Shown: positions 26,431 to 36,535, counted from the stretch's first letter. The stretch is 64,000 nucleotides of DNA from Candidatus Microgenomatus auricola (GCA_005239865.1 SBBC01000013.1:36759-100758), one strand, 5' to 3'. Notes: generated from the sequence alone by a model not told the origin. Made by a program: numbers and translations.

Positions 26431-28226
26431 TGCACCGCACCTTGCTCATCACGCACTTCTTTCCACCGCAGGTGGGCGGGGCAGAGCGCTATTGTGAAGT
26501 CCTGGCGCGACGACTACCGGCTTCTGATCTGGTTGTCGTTGCATCGCCGACGGTCGGTGATCATGATTTTGACCGTACCCTGCCGGTCCCAGTCATCCGG
26601 AAGAACTTCCTTAAACCAGGCTTGCTCCAACCAAGCTGGCTTTTGACGTTGTCGTGGCTGGTCCGGACGATCAAACAGGAAAGGGTCACACGCGTCGTCT
26701 TTGGACATTATGCCGGCTTCGTCACCCTCGGTCTCCTTGTAAAACTCGTCCTCGGCATTCCGTTCGTCATCTCGGTCTTCGGCTTGGATTTCATCGCTTA
26801 CCGACGGTCGTTTTGGCGTCGTCTCCTACTCCGCTGGAACCTCCGCGCAGCGGAATGGGTCATCACGATCAGCTCGTACACCGCCGGTCTCCTCCGTAAC
26901 TTCGGGGTGCCGCAGGGCAAAATGCTCATCGCCGCGCCCGGCACTGATCCGCATGAACCGCCGGATCAACAATCAATTGAGCGTTTCCGGAGTACTTACG
27001 GACTAGGGCAGTCAACCATCCTCTTGACTGTTGGCCGCCTCGTCCAGCGCAAGGGCCACGCCCGCGTCCTGCACGCACTGCCGGCTGTCATCCAGACATT
27101 ACCGGATCTACGCTATGTGATGGTTGGCGATGGACCGGAACTGACCAATCTCGAACGCCTGGTCCGTGAGCTCAACCTCCAGCACCATGTCACATTTCTT
27201 GGCCAACTCTCTGATCACGACGTCCGCCTGGCCTTCCACGCCAGCCACGCCTTCATCATGCTCCCCAGCACTAGCCAAAAAGATGCCGAGGGATTCGGCA
27301 TCGTCTACATCGAGGCATTGATCGCGAAGAAGCCGATTATCGCTACGCGAAGTGGGGGAGTGGTCGATATTATTCGCGACGGCGAAAATGGGGTGGCTTT
27401 GAATGAAGACGCTTCCGCTCGTGATATCGCGCAGGCGATCGTTTCCCTGATGCGCAACCGGCCCCGGATGCAGGCCCTTGGGCAGCAGGGATTCGCCTTC
27501 GTGCAAAAACATTTCTCGCTTGACCAACAGGTCGCTCCGTTCCGCCGCGTTCTGGCAACCCCGCCGCGCGAGGCCGGGCATGTTCCGACCGTCAGCATCA
27601 TCATTCCGGTCTGGAATTCGAGCGACACCGTGGCCCGGACCCTCCAAAGCGTGGCCGTGCAAACCTATAAAGACCTGGAGGTCATACTCGTCGATGATGG
27701 TTCAACTGACAACCCAGCGATCATCGCCCAGCGCTTTCCTAAAGTCCGTCTCATTCGACAAGACCACCGCGGGGCAGCGATCGCGCGTAACCACGGATTT
27801 CGGGAAAGCCGTGGACGGTATGTTCTCTTTTGCGACGCCGACGTCATTCTTCACCCGCGCATGCTCGAACGGATGGTCACGACGCTCGATCTCAAGCCGG
27901 AGGCGGCGTACGCGTATGCGAGCTTCCGCTTTGGCTGGCGGACTTTCGACCTCTTCGATTTTGATCGGAAGCGACTACAGCACGCGAATTACATTAGCAC
28001 GATGTCCATGATCCGACGGGAAGCGTTTCCTGGTTTTGACGAGACACTCCCGCGACTTCAGGATTGGGACCTCTGGCTGACCATGCTCGAACAGGGGAAA
28101 ACCGGCACCTGGGTGCCAGCCCGGTTGTTTAGCGCCTCCGTCGCCAAGCGTGGCATCAGCCAACGCATCAGCGTTCCGCCGCTCGACGTGGTTAACCGCA
28201 TCCGACAAAAACACCGCCTGGCATAG
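26430..28226 (+). CDS. Bifunctional GT4 + GT2 glycosyltransferase
   Basis: GT4: FPPQVGG, VGRLV.RKG, EGFGIVYIEA. GT2: VSIIIP, VDDGSTD, ARN.G, FCDAD, LQDWDLW. Confidence 0.9.
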   Translation: MHRTLLITHFFPPQVGGAERYCEVLARRLPASDLVVVASPTVGDHDFDRTLPVPVIRKNFLKPGLLQPSWLLTLSWLVRTIKQERVTRVVFGHYAGFVTLGLLVKLVLGIPFVISVFGLDFIAYRRSFWRRLLLRWNLRAAEWVITISSYTAGLLRNFGVPQGKMLIAAPGTDPHEPPDQQSIERFRSTYGLGQSTILLTVGRLVQRKGHARVLHALPAVIQTLPDLRYVMVGDGPELTNLERLVRELNLQHHVTFLGQLSDHDVRLAFHASHAFIMLPSTSQKDAEGFGIVYIEALIAKKPIIATRSGGVVDIIRDGENGVALNEDASARDIAQAIVSLMRNRPRMQALGQQGFAFVQKHFSLDQQVAPFRRVLATPPREAGHVPTVSIIIPVWNSSDTVARTLQSVAVQTYKDLEVILVDDGSTDNPAIIAQRFPKVRLIRQDHRGAAIARNHGFRESRGRYVLFCDADVILHPRMLERMVTTLDLKPEAAYAYASFRFGWRTFDLFDFDRKRLQHANYISTMSMIRREAFPGFDETLPRLQDWDLWLTMLEQGKTGTWVPARLFSASVAKRGISQRISVPPLDVVNRIRQKHRLA

Positions 28227-28274
28227 CCGCGTACCAATGCCGGTGGTTGCCCCACATCCCAGCTGCAGCATTCT

Positions 28275-28814
28275 CTACCTCAAGAGTCGAGCAAACTTCT
28301 TCCTGAATTTCGCCAGCTTCGGACCAATCACCGCCTGACAGTACGGCTGTTCCGGGTTCTTCGCGAAAAAGTCCTGATGCTCGTTCTCAGCCGGATAGAA
28401 GTTCTTGAGCGGCACAATCGCCGTCACCACCGGCTCGTCAAAAATTTGTTTGCGCTCAATCCGCTGCCTGACCGCTTCTGCAATCCTCCGCTGGTGTTCA
28501 TCGTGATAGAAAATCACCGACCGGTACTGTTCGCCAATGTCGTTTCCTTGACGATTCATTTGCGTCGGGTCGTGCGTCAAGAAAAAGACTTCCACCAGTT
28601 GTTGATACGTAATCACCGCCGGATTGAACCTGATCTGGACGGCTTCAGCATGTCCGGTGGCGTGACTGCAAACCTGTTCATAGGTCGGATTCGGCATCCG
28701 ACCGCCGCTATATCCGGATGTCACACGCTCAACGCCGCGCAATTGTTTGAAAAGTGCTTCGGTGCACCAAAAACACCCGGCGCCGAATGTAGCAAGTTCT
28801 GAAGTCGCGACCAT
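28275..28814 (-). CDS. msrA: Peptide methionine sulfoxide reductase A
   Basis: GAGCFWC.E, GYSGG, TGHAE, HDPT..NRQGNDIG.QYRS and FYPAE..HQD; start at 28814. Confidence 0.96.
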   Translation of the reverse strand: MVATSELATFGAGCFWCTEALFKQLRGVERVTSGYSGGRMPNPTYEQVCSHATGHAEAVQIRFNPAVITYQQLVEVFFLTHDPTQMNRQGNDIGEQYRSVIFYHDEHQRRIAEAVRQRIERKQIFDEPVVTAIVPLKNFYPAENEHQDFFAKNPEQPYCQAVIGPKLAKFRKKFARLLR

Positions 28815-28929
28815 AAAAACAGTATACCACGTCAGTAGCGAGCGTTTTACGTAATTTGAAAATGAGCCGGACGCAGACCATGCTGTACTCTGTCTCCACC
28901 TGACGCTCAACCCCGCCGCGACGAAAAGG

Positions 28930-28959
28930 TTGACAGGTCTTGAGGCCCTGACGTAGGAT
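28930..28959 (+). promoter_or_regulatory. Promoter of the small ORF at 29019
   Basis: TTGACA-18 bp-TAGGAT. Confidence 0.65.
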
Positions 28960-29018
28960 GAAGCCGCTCAATTGTCGGTCGCGTTCATTCTCGTTCCTAA
29001 AAGGAGGGTGATCAGGAA

Positions 29019-29288
29019 ATGCCGCAGCGCCAACTACCACAGCTACCGGTGGGAACACGCGTCCGGCTGGCCGAAACCCGTCGCTGGGGCGAGATCGCTC
29101 CCTGGCCAGAGGGCCTGCCAGAAGTCGTCAAAGCACTTCAGAAAACCCATGTCTGTGTCCGTCCTGACGTCCGAGACGCGGGCGAGGAACTCCTTCAGTA
29201 CTGGCCAAAAAACAAACTGTTGCAGGCGGGAGAGTCAGAACCTCCGAGCGATCCACCGCGCTTCTCGGCTACACCGGAGCAAGCGTAG
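29019..29288 (+). CDS. Small hypothetical protein, possibly SH3-like barrel
   Basis: Own promoter, strong SD-like AAGGAGGGTGATC and a downstream terminator-like hairpin; LPVGTRVRL..WGEI..VCVRPD pattern. Confidence 0.6.
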   Translation: MPQRQLPQLPVGTRVRLAETRRWGEIAPWPEGLPEVVKALQKTHVCVRPDVRDAGEELLQYWPKNKLLQAGESEPPSDPPRFSATPEQA

Positions 29289-29353
29289 CACGTGGCCACC
29301 GACGAAAAGGCGACCACGTTTTATTGTTTGACTGCTATCAAACCAACAAAGAA

Positions 29354-29401
29354 AGCTCGCTTTAACCCCCTAGGACACGGGGACGGAGCCGTTTTTTATT
29401 T
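29354..29401 (+). terminator. Possible intrinsic terminator
   Basis: Imperfect stem GCTC..CCCC / GGGG..GAGC followed by GTTTTTTATTT. Confidence 0.45.
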
Positions 29402-29405
29402 GACC

Positions 29406-29434
29406 TTGCGAATTTTCCGTAGAAACGCTACACT
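29406..29434 (+). promoter_or_regulatory. Putative promoter for the second part of the glycan cluster
   Basis: TTGCGA-17 bp-TACACT. Confidence 0.5.
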
Positions 29435-29504
29435 TGGTGAGGTCCATGATCCAGAAAATTTTTCTCCCAGTGTTGACCGACTGTGAGGATGGTTGAATTT
29501 CAAC

Positions 29505-30377
29505 ATGCCGCCACCGACCATGACTGCCATTATCGTCAGTTACAATGCCAGCCCGGAACTCCGACGATGCCTCCGGAGCGCGGCGACCTCGCGCGGCGTT
29601 TCCCTCAAGATCGTTGTCGTCGACAATGCCTCTACCGACGACAACGTCAATATGATCCGAGACGAGTTCCCTCAAGTTGACCTGATCGTCAATATGACCA
29701 ACCGCGGGTTTGCGGCCGCTGTAAATCAAGGACTGACGCGGGCGACGGGCAATATTGTCCTCCTCAACCCCGACCTTGAGCTCGAACCGGATACCCTGAC
29801 GGCGCTCGAAGCCGCATTGAAACGCCACCCACACGTCGGGATCGTCGGACCAGCGCTCAAGTACCCTGACGGCTCGCTCCAGCCCTCGGTCAAAAAATTT
29901 CCGCGCTGGATAGACCTCCTCCTCATCTTGACGAAGCTGCCGAACCTCTGGCCCGGTTTAGCGCGCTCATACAACGGCCTTGACGTTGACTATAAACGGG
30001 AACAGGTCGTTGATCAGGTCATGGGATCGTGCTTCATGATTCGACAATCCTGCCTGGACGACGTCGGGAAGTTTGACGAAGGTTTTTACATCTGGTTTGA
30101 GGAGGTTGATTTCTGTAAACGAGCCAGAGACCGGGGCTGGTCAACGCTTTTCACCCCGTCAGCGCGGGCGCGGCACAGCCGCGGAGCGAGCTTCAGGCAA
30201 TTACCGGCCAGGAGGAGACAGCGCATCCTGCGCCGGAGCGTGGTACATTACTGCCGAAAACATTTTGGATGGTTGGTCACATGGCTACTGCTTCCTGGTC
30301 TGTTCGTCAGTTGGCTTTCCGCCCTCATGATTGATGCCTTCCGGCTGGCCAAACCGCAACGGGCAAAAAATTTCTAA
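29505..30377 (+). CDS. GT2 glycosyltransferase (WbbL/rhamnosyltransferase-like)
   Basis: IIVSYN, VVDNASTD, N.GFAAAVN, LLNPD, GSCFMIR and FDE.F..WFEEVDFC. Confidence 0.9.
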   Translation: MPPPTMTAIIVSYNASPELRRCLRSAATSRGVSLKIVVVDNASTDDNVNMIRDEFPQVDLIVNMTNRGFAAAVNQGLTRATGNIVLLNPDLELEPDTLTALEAALKRHPHVGIVGPALKYPDGSLQPSVKKFPRWIDLLLILTKLPNLWPGLARSYNGLDVDYKREQVVDQVMGSCFMIRQSCLDDVGKFDEGFYIWFEEVDFCKRARDRGWSTLFTPSARARHSRGASFRQLPARRRQRILRRSVVHYCRKHFGWLVTWLLLPGLFVSWLSALMIDAFRLAKPQRAKNF

Positions 30378-30379
30378 GC

Positions 30380-31333
30380 ATGCCCCATCCATCGTACCGT
30401 TGCCCTAACTGCCACGCCCAGCTGCCTGACGCGAACCAGGCCACGCTGGCCTGCTCGCATTGCCAGGAAAGATACGTAATCCTTCATGGGATTCCCCAAT
30501 TCATCGCCAGGAGATTTCTCGACCCCTTCAAACAGACCGAGCAACATTTCCACGACGAACTGTCGTGCGCGGCCACCGCTGCCGGCGTGGCGGCACGCGA
30601 TTCAACTTTCCATCTCCACTTCAAGCAGCCGATGATGAATCTGTCGCCGGGCTCGACCGTTCTCGAAGTGGCCGGCGGAACGCGCGCCGATGGCATTGAG
30701 ATCGCCCTGGCCGGTCAATTCGTCACCATGCTCGATCTGGCACCGCAAGCAGTCGAGCGTGCGCGTCAGCTTGCTCAAGACGCTGGCGTCAGAGAGCGAA
30801 TGCGATTCTGCGTGGCTGACAGTGAACATCTTCCGTTTGCCGATCGAAGTTTCGATGCCACCTTTGTGGCCGCGTCGTTTCATCACTTTCCAAACCAGCT
30901 GGCTGCGCTCCAAGAGATGAAACGGGTGACCAAACCTGGCGGGTATGTCATCTGGGGGGTTGAACCGGCGGCCTGGCCGTATACAACGGTGTTCAAGATT
31001 CTCGGTCCGCTCAAACGCTTCATCCGCCGCCGACGAATCCGGGCCTTCAATTCCATCGCCGACGATACGACCAGCGGCTTCACGAAATCGCAGATCAAGG
31101 AGTTGTTTAACCGCGCCGGACTCCAGGTCCAAACCATCAAACCGGTAAAATTCCTCACGGAATTCTATGATTCTTGCGTGCGGATGCTCGGGAAACTCGC
31201 CCGACGCAACTTCGTGCCAATCGCAAGTATTGATCACCACTTAAGCAAAGTTGACGCATTGCTTGAACGCCTGCCACTCGTCACCAAACTCTATTGGCAC
31301 TGGAACGTCATTAGCCGGGTCCCTCGAGCATGA
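30380..31333 (+). CDS. Class I SAM methyltransferase with N-terminal Trm112-like Zn ribbon
   Basis: CPNC..CSHC..Y.I.HGIP; VLEVAGGT, LDLA, DSEHLPFAD.SFD and EMKRVTKPGG. Confidence 0.88.
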   Translation: MPHPSYRCPNCHAQLPDANQATLACSHCQERYVILHGIPQFIARRFLDPFKQTEQHFHDELSCAATAAGVAARDSTFHLHFKQPMMNLSPGSTVLEVAGGTRADGIEIALAGQFVTMLDLAPQAVERARQLAQDAGVRERMRFCVADSEHLPFADRSFDATFVAASFHHFPNQLAALQEMKRVTKPGGYVIWGVEPAAWPYTTVFKILGPLKRFIRRRRIRAFNSIADDTTSGFTKSQIKELFNRAGLQVQTIKPVKFLTEFYDSCVRMLGKLARRNFVPIASIDHHLSKVDALLERLPLVTKLYWHWNVISRVPRA

Positions 31334-32805
31334 TCGTCGAGCGACCAAAATTCACGATCTACCTCTGGCTGACCCTGGCCCTGGCCGCAAACGAAGGACT
31401 GTCATTCCTCGGGTATATCCATCCCGCCATCGGCACCGCGCTCTTCATCGCCATGGTGATTGGCGCCGGACTGGCGAGTTTTCGTTCGCTCGAAACTGGC
31501 CTCCTGATACTTTTTACCGAACTCTTCGTCGGCGGTAAAGGCTACCTCTACAGTCTTGAGATTGACTCGACGCGAATCTCCATCCGGATGGCGTTCTTTG
31601 TCATCGTCATGCTGGCCTGGGCATTCCGCTTCGCCCGGCATCGTGACCTCCGGCCTCGACTCGCCAGCGGGCTCCGACCATGGCTGTGGGCGTTCGCGGT
31701 CGTCGTCGTTCTCGGCGTTTTTGTTGGTCTCATCAAGGGCCACGGTCTGAAAGCTGTCTTCTTCGACGCCAATGCTTACTTCTTCTTTGCCCTGGCGCTA
31801 GTGTTGCTTTCGACCGCGATCAACCTCCAACGACTATTCTCGAATCTCATCGTCCTCATCGCCGCTGCTGCCACACTGATTGGCCTCAAGAGTCTGATCG
31901 CCCTCGGACTGTTCGTCGAGCTGCAGGTCAATTCCCTCCGCACGCTCTACACCTGGATCCGCAACACCGGCAGTGGCGAAGTCGCGCCGATTTTCGGTGG
32001 AACCTACCGCGTTTTCTTCCAGAGCCAAGTTTACGGGCTCTTGGGCGTTAGCCTCCTCGCCCCCTTCCTTGTTCCTAAAATCATTCGAGAGAAAAAGCCG
32101 TGGTGGCTTCTCCTCCCGATCACGCTCGGCGTGACTGCGGTCATCGTCTCCCTGTCCCGGAGTTTTTGGCTCGGTGGCGCAGCCGCCTTCTTCATCGCAC
32201 TCATTATCGGGATCCGCTGGTTCCGTTGGCGGATGGGCGACGTCGTTCGCATCGGCTCTGTCTCGATGGCTGTCATCGGAGTGGCCCTGACCCTCAACTC
32301 CTGGGCTTTAAACTTTCCGTATCCCTTTCCGCCACCTGGACAAGAAGGAAAAACGAATATCATCAGCCAACGACTTTCCGAGTTCGGGAGCGAGGCCGCG
32401 GCTACCAGCCGAATCACCTTAGCGCGTGCGCTCTTACCGGTCATCGCTCAAAGTCCGATTATTGGCTATGGCTTCGGCAAAACAGTCACGTACCAGAGCG
32501 ACGACCCGCGACAGGTTCAGTCACCAACCCAGGGGCGCTTCACGACCTATGCCTTTGAGCTCGGCTATCTCGATGTGGCTCTCAAAGTCGGACTGCTCGG
32601 ACTGCTGGTTCTCCTTGGCGTACTTTTCCAAACACTCCGCGTGCTCATCGCCCGTCCATCGCTTGTCAACTTCGGCTTGGCGGTCGGCCTGGTCACGCTC
32701 GCCACCGTCCACGTCACAACGCCGTATCTCAACCACCCCCTCGGAATCGGCTTCCTCCTGCTCGCCTTGGCCGCGGCTAATCAGCCGGAACCGAACGCTC
32801 CATGA
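31330..32805 (+). CDS. O-antigen ligase/polymerase-family membrane protein
   Basis: About 12 TM segments; SLSRSFWLG, R.......SPIIGYGFG and YLD..LK.GLLG; located in the glycan cluster. Confidence 0.8.
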   Translation: MIVERPKFTIYLWLTLALAANEGLSFLGYIHPAIGTALFIAMVIGAGLASFRSLETGLLILFTELFVGGKGYLYSLEIDSTRISIRMAFFVIVMLAWAFRFARHRDLRPRLASGLRPWLWAFAVVVVLGVFVGLIKGHGLKAVFFDANAYFFFALALVLLSTAINLQRLFSNLIVLIAAAATLIGLKSLIALGLFVELQVNSLRTLYTWIRNTGSGEVAPIFGGTYRVFFQSQVYGLLGVSLLAPFLVPKIIREKKPWWLLLPITLGVTAVIVSLSRSFWLGGAAAFFIALIIGIRWFRWRMGDVVRIGSVSMAVIGVALTLNSWALNFPYPFPPPGQEGKTNIISQRLSEFGSEAAATSRITLARALLPVIAQSPIIGYGFGKTVTYQSDDPRQVQSPTQGRFTTYAFELGYLDVALKVGLLGLLVLLGVLFQTLRVLIARPSLVNFGLAVGLVTLATVHVTTPYLNHPLGIGFLLLALAAANQPEPNAP

Positions 32806-33806
32806 CCGTCTCACTTCACCTTGTTACCTGGAACAGTCACGCGTTCGTGCCGACGTTTCTCCGGAGCCTCGAGCAGCAAACCCGCAAACCGGATCGCGTT
32901 CTCGTCGTGGACAACAATTCACTGGACGGCACACTCGACCTCCTCAAGGAATTTCCAACGGTTCATGTCTTACGAAACACGCGCAATCTCGGTTTCGCCC
33001 GCGCCCATAACCAGGCCATTCGCCTGAGCACATCGGACGCCATTCTGATTGCCAACCCCGATCTTCTGCTTGAACCAACCTGCCTGGCTGAACTTGTCCA
33101 GACGCTTGAACGTCAACCAGCCCTCAGCAGCGTCTGCCCGAAACTCCTGCGATTCTCCTTCAGTCCGGATGACTTGAGGGAACCACAATTATCTGCTACC
33201 ATCGATAGCGCCGGCATGATCGTCAGACGCTCGCGTCAGGCCATAAATCGTGGCGAGGGCGAGCCTGATCATGGCCAATACGACCAGCCGGCGGATGTGT
33301 TCGGGGCGCCCGGTGTTTTAGCGCTCTACCGACGCCAGGCTCTCAACGACGTGGCGGACGACGAAGAATACTTCGACGAGGATTTCTTCGCATACAAAGA
33401 AGACGTTGACTTGGCGTGGCGACTCCAATCGGCCGGCTGGCGATGCCGTTACGTTCCTACCGCCCGGGCGTTTCACTACCGAACGTTAAGTCACCACGGC
33501 GACCAACTTACCGCCCTCATGAAAACTCGTCCACAACGGTCATCGTCGCTCCGCCGACTTTCATACCGAAATCACCTTCTGCTGCTCATTAAGAACGAAA
33601 CGCTCGGAACTTTCCTTCCGCACCTGCCATTCATCCTGTGGTACGAACTTCAAAAGCTGCTTTACCTCCTCCTCCGGGAGTGGCCAACACTCCCTGCGCT
33701 CGTCCAAGCGATTCAACGCATCCCAGCGATGCTCCGAAAGCGTCGCGCCTTCCGCGATCGCCGGCGCGTCGCCTCCGCGACGCTGCGTCAACTCTTCCGA
33801 CCATAG
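32802..33806 (+). CDS. GT2 glycosyltransferase
   Basis: VTWNS, VVDNNS.DGT, NLGFA.AHN, NPD and FDEDFFAYKEDVDLAWR. Confidence 0.92.
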   Translation: MTVSLHLVTWNSHAFVPTFLRSLEQQTRKPDRVLVVDNNSLDGTLDLLKEFPTVHVLRNTRNLGFARAHNQAIRLSTSDAILIANPDLLLEPTCLAELVQTLERQPALSSVCPKLLRFSFSPDDLREPQLSATIDSAGMIVRRSRQAINRGEGEPDHGQYDQPADVFGAPGVLALYRRQALNDVADDEEYFDEDFFAYKEDVDLAWRLQSAGWRCRYVPTARAFHYRTLSHHGDQLTALMKTRPQRSSSLRRLSYRNHLLLLIKNETLGTFLPHLPFILWYELQKLLYLLLREWPTLPALVQAIQRIPAMLRKRRAFRDRRRVASATLRQLFRP

Positions 33807-33809
33807 ACC

Positions 33810-34628
33810 ATGGATCTCTCGATCATCATTGTCAACTACAAAGAGCCGGGTTTCCTGAAGCAATGCCTGAAGGGTATCCGCCAGGCCCAACCGCAGTTGA
33901 CCTATGAGGTGATCGTCGTTGATAACGCTTCCGGCGATCGCAGCCTCCCGATGGTGCGTGAACATTTCCCCGAAGTCATCCTTTTGCCGCAGAAAAAAAA
34001 CCTTGGTTTCCCCGTCGGAAACAATGTCGGAGTCCGCCGCTCGCGCGGGCGCTACGTCCTCCTGCTGAATCCGGACATCGCCGTTTTCAAAGGGGTACTC
34101 GAACAGCTGGTCGCCTATTTGGATGAGCATCCTGACGTCGGTATCGTGGCGCCAAAACTACTGAATCCCGATCAATCGGTCCAAACATCGTGTTACCGTT
34201 TCCCCACGCCGATGGTGCCGATTCTCCGACGAACGCCGTTAGGCCGACTCCCATTCGCGAAAAAGATCCTCCGGCACTACTTGATGCTCGACTGGGATCA
34301 CAACGATGACCGTTTAGTCGGGTGGGTCCTCGGTTCGTGCATGCTGGTACGACGCACAGCGTTCGAGCAGGTCGGGCTGATGGATGAACGATTCTTCATG
34401 TACTTTGAAGATGTTGACTGGTGCCGACGATTCTGGGAGCACGGCTGGAAAGTCGTCTATCGGTCATCGACGAGTATGGTTCACTACCACCAACGGATGT
34501 CGGCCGAGAGTCCGGGACTGAATGGCGTTTTTCAGAAATTAACGCGAATTCATATTCAAAGCGGCCTCAAGTACTTTCGGAAATACTTCCGTAAACCGTT
34601 ACCAGTGATCCCTCCCTCGCATGCTTAG
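33810..34628 (+). CDS. GT2 glycosyltransferase (WbbL-like)
   Basis: MDLSIIIVNY, VVDNAS.D, NLGF..GNN, LLLNPD and DERFFMYFEDVDWC. Confidence 0.92.
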   Translation: MDLSIIIVNYKEPGFLKQCLKGIRQAQPQLTYEVIVVDNASGDRSLPMVREHFPEVILLPQKKNLGFPVGNNVGVRRSRGRYVLLLNPDIAVFKGVLEQLVAYLDEHPDVGIVAPKLLNPDQSVQTSCYRFPTPMVPILRRTPLGRLPFAKKILRHYLMLDWDHNDDRLVGWVLGSCMLVRRTAFEQVGLMDERFFMYFEDVDWCRRFWEHGWKVVYRSSTSMVHYHQRMSAESPGLNGVFQKLTRIHIQSGLKYFRKYFRKPLPVIPPSHA

Positions 34629-36528
34629 ATACCACCGATCGTCACGAACAAACCGGCGGTGGTATCGCGACCAAAAAATCGTGGTCCGCGCAGCCGCACT
34701 GCTCGGAGCGCTGATGATTTTTAGCGCCGCCGTAGTGATCCCCGGGCTCTCGACGAAACGACACGGGGCCAAAGCCAAGACGGAACTCCTCCGCGCCCAA
34801 ACCCTCCTAGAAGATCAAGAGTTTTCCGCCGCGCGGCAAAGCTTAGCGCAAGCCCGGACCGACCTCCAGCGTGCCCAGCAGTCGTTTGCTCCGTTGCACG
34901 CCTTTCAAGGCGCGCCATTTCTCGGGACGCAAGTCCGTGCCCTCCGCGTCATTCTCGATGTCGGGATTAATCTCACCGAGGCGCTCGGGGACGGCGTCCG
35001 TGCGGCGGAACAAATCTTCGGACCGCTCCAGCAGGGGAGAGGCGAGATCAGTTTGGCCACCCTGACACCCGCGGATAAACAACACATTCTCGAGCGCTTC
35101 GGCCAAGCCAGTCCGCTGCTCGAATCGGTCAACCAACATATCGCCGGGGCCGTACGTCGTTTCCGCGACCTTCCCGAACGCGGCCTCCTACCGCCGCTCA
35201 ACGCCCTCGCCGCCCCAGTCAAGGAACAGCTGCCGTTCCTCGAAGACACCGTTGCCAAACTCATCCCCGCCACCCAAATCATTCCGGCGATCGTCGGATT
35301 TCCGGAACCAAAAACCTACCTCTTCCTCCTCCAGAATAATTCTGAACTTCGACCAACTGGCGGATTCATCGGCACCTACGGTATTTTGAAGGTAAACGCC
35401 GGCGAAATTGTCAGCTTTTCAACCCAGGACGTCTACACCCTTGATCGACCAGTCCGGAACACGCTCTTTGTAGAACCACCCGCCCCGCTCCGCAGATACA
35501 ACGCTACCACCCAGTGGTTCTTCCGCGACTCGAACTGGTCACCCGATTTCCCGACCGCTGCCGCGAAGGCGCTCGAATTCTACCGACTGGAGCGAGGTCC
35601 GGAACGGAATATCGATGGCGTCATCGCGGTCACACCGACCTTCATCTCCTCACTCCTCCGCTTAAGCGGTCAGATTACCGTCGACGGCATCACGTTTACG
35701 CCCGACAACCTCGTTGACCGACTTCAACCACTGGCGTCCCGGAAAGAACTGATCGGTGAAATGTCAAAAATTCTTCTCAACCGAATCTTGGCGCTGCCGC
35801 AACGCCGGTGGCAGGAGCTGGTCAGAACGCTCGTCGTTGCCCTCGAAGAAAAACACATGCTTCTGTACGCTCAAGAGCATGAGCTCGAACAAAAAATTCT
35901 GGCCCAACACTGGGGGGGAGAACTTCAAGCCCTCAAAGGCGATGGTCTCATGGTGGTCGACGCCAACCTGGCCAGTTTGAAAACCGATACCGTCGTCAAC
36001 CGTTCACTCACCTACGACCTCGAGGTGACGAGCCAAGCGGCGACTGCGACCCTCATGATTTCCTACACCAACAGCGGGGCTTTCACCAAAACGACGACGC
36101 GCTATCGGACCTACGTACGGATCTACGTCCCGCGCGGCAGTTCACTCATCAGTTCAACCGGAGCCATGGCAAATGATAAACTCCACGGCGGCCGATCGGG
36201 AACCATCGATGTCAGCGAAGAACTTGGACGGACGGTCTTCGGCGGATTCATCTCGATCGAACCAGGCGAAACACAGCACCTCAATTTTACCTATGCCTTA
36301 CCGGCCGATCTCCACCGTCGCCTCCAAACCAACGATTATACACTGACCGTTCAGAAACAACCGGGCACCCAGGCCCATGCCTTGACGGCCAAGGTAAAGT
36401 TCGACCGTCCGGTCAAACTCTTCACCGGCGTTGACGAGATGGAGAGAATTGGACATACTGGTGTCGCTTTGACCACTGACCTCCGGAGGGATCGCCACCT
36501 GACGGTGACGTTCTCATCAACGCAATAA
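34621..36528 (+). CDS. DUF4012-family membrane-anchored protein
   Basis: N-terminal TM and helical stalk; YLFLLQNNSELRPTGGFIG, RDSNWSPDFP, IDGVIAV, YVRIYVPRGS and QKQPG. Confidence 0.8.
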   Translation: MLRYHRSSRTNRRWYRDQKIVVRAAALLGALMIFSAAVVIPGLSTKRHGAKAKTELLRAQTLLEDQEFSAARQSLAQARTDLQRAQQSFAPLHAFQGAPFLGTQVRALRVILDVGINLTEALGDGVRAAEQIFGPLQQGRGEISLATLTPADKQHILERFGQASPLLESVNQHIAGAVRRFRDLPERGLLPPLNALAAPVKEQLPFLEDTVAKLIPATQIIPAIVGFPEPKTYLFLLQNNSELRPTGGFIGTYGILKVNAGEIVSFSTQDVYTLDRPVRNTLFVEPPAPLRRYNATTQWFFRDSNWSPDFPTAAAKALEFYRLERGPERNIDGVIAVTPTFISSLLRLSGQITVDGITFTPDNLVDRLQPLASRKELIGEMSKILLNRILALPQRRWQELVRTLVVALEEKHMLLYAQEHELEQKILAQHWGGELQALKGDGLMVVDANLASLKTDTVVNRSLTYDLEVTSQAATATLMISYTNSGAFTKTTTRYRTYVRIYVPRGSSLISSTGAMANDKLHGGRSGTIDVSEELGRTVFGGFISIEPGETQHLNFTYALPADLHRRLQTNDYTLTVQKQPGTQAHALTAKVKFDRPVKLFTGVDEMERIGHTGVALTTDLRRDRHLTVTFSSTQ

Positions 36529-36535
36529 TGTCGCC

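Noticed and set aside
28972-29331. 119 aa alternative ORF overlapping the small gene
   Set aside because: No ATG start or SD; the 29019 frame has the better initiation signals.
29446-29496. 16-codon uORF (MIQKIFLPVLTDCEDG) before the GT2 gene
   Set aside because: No distinctive codon content or attenuator structure; cannot be separated from chance.
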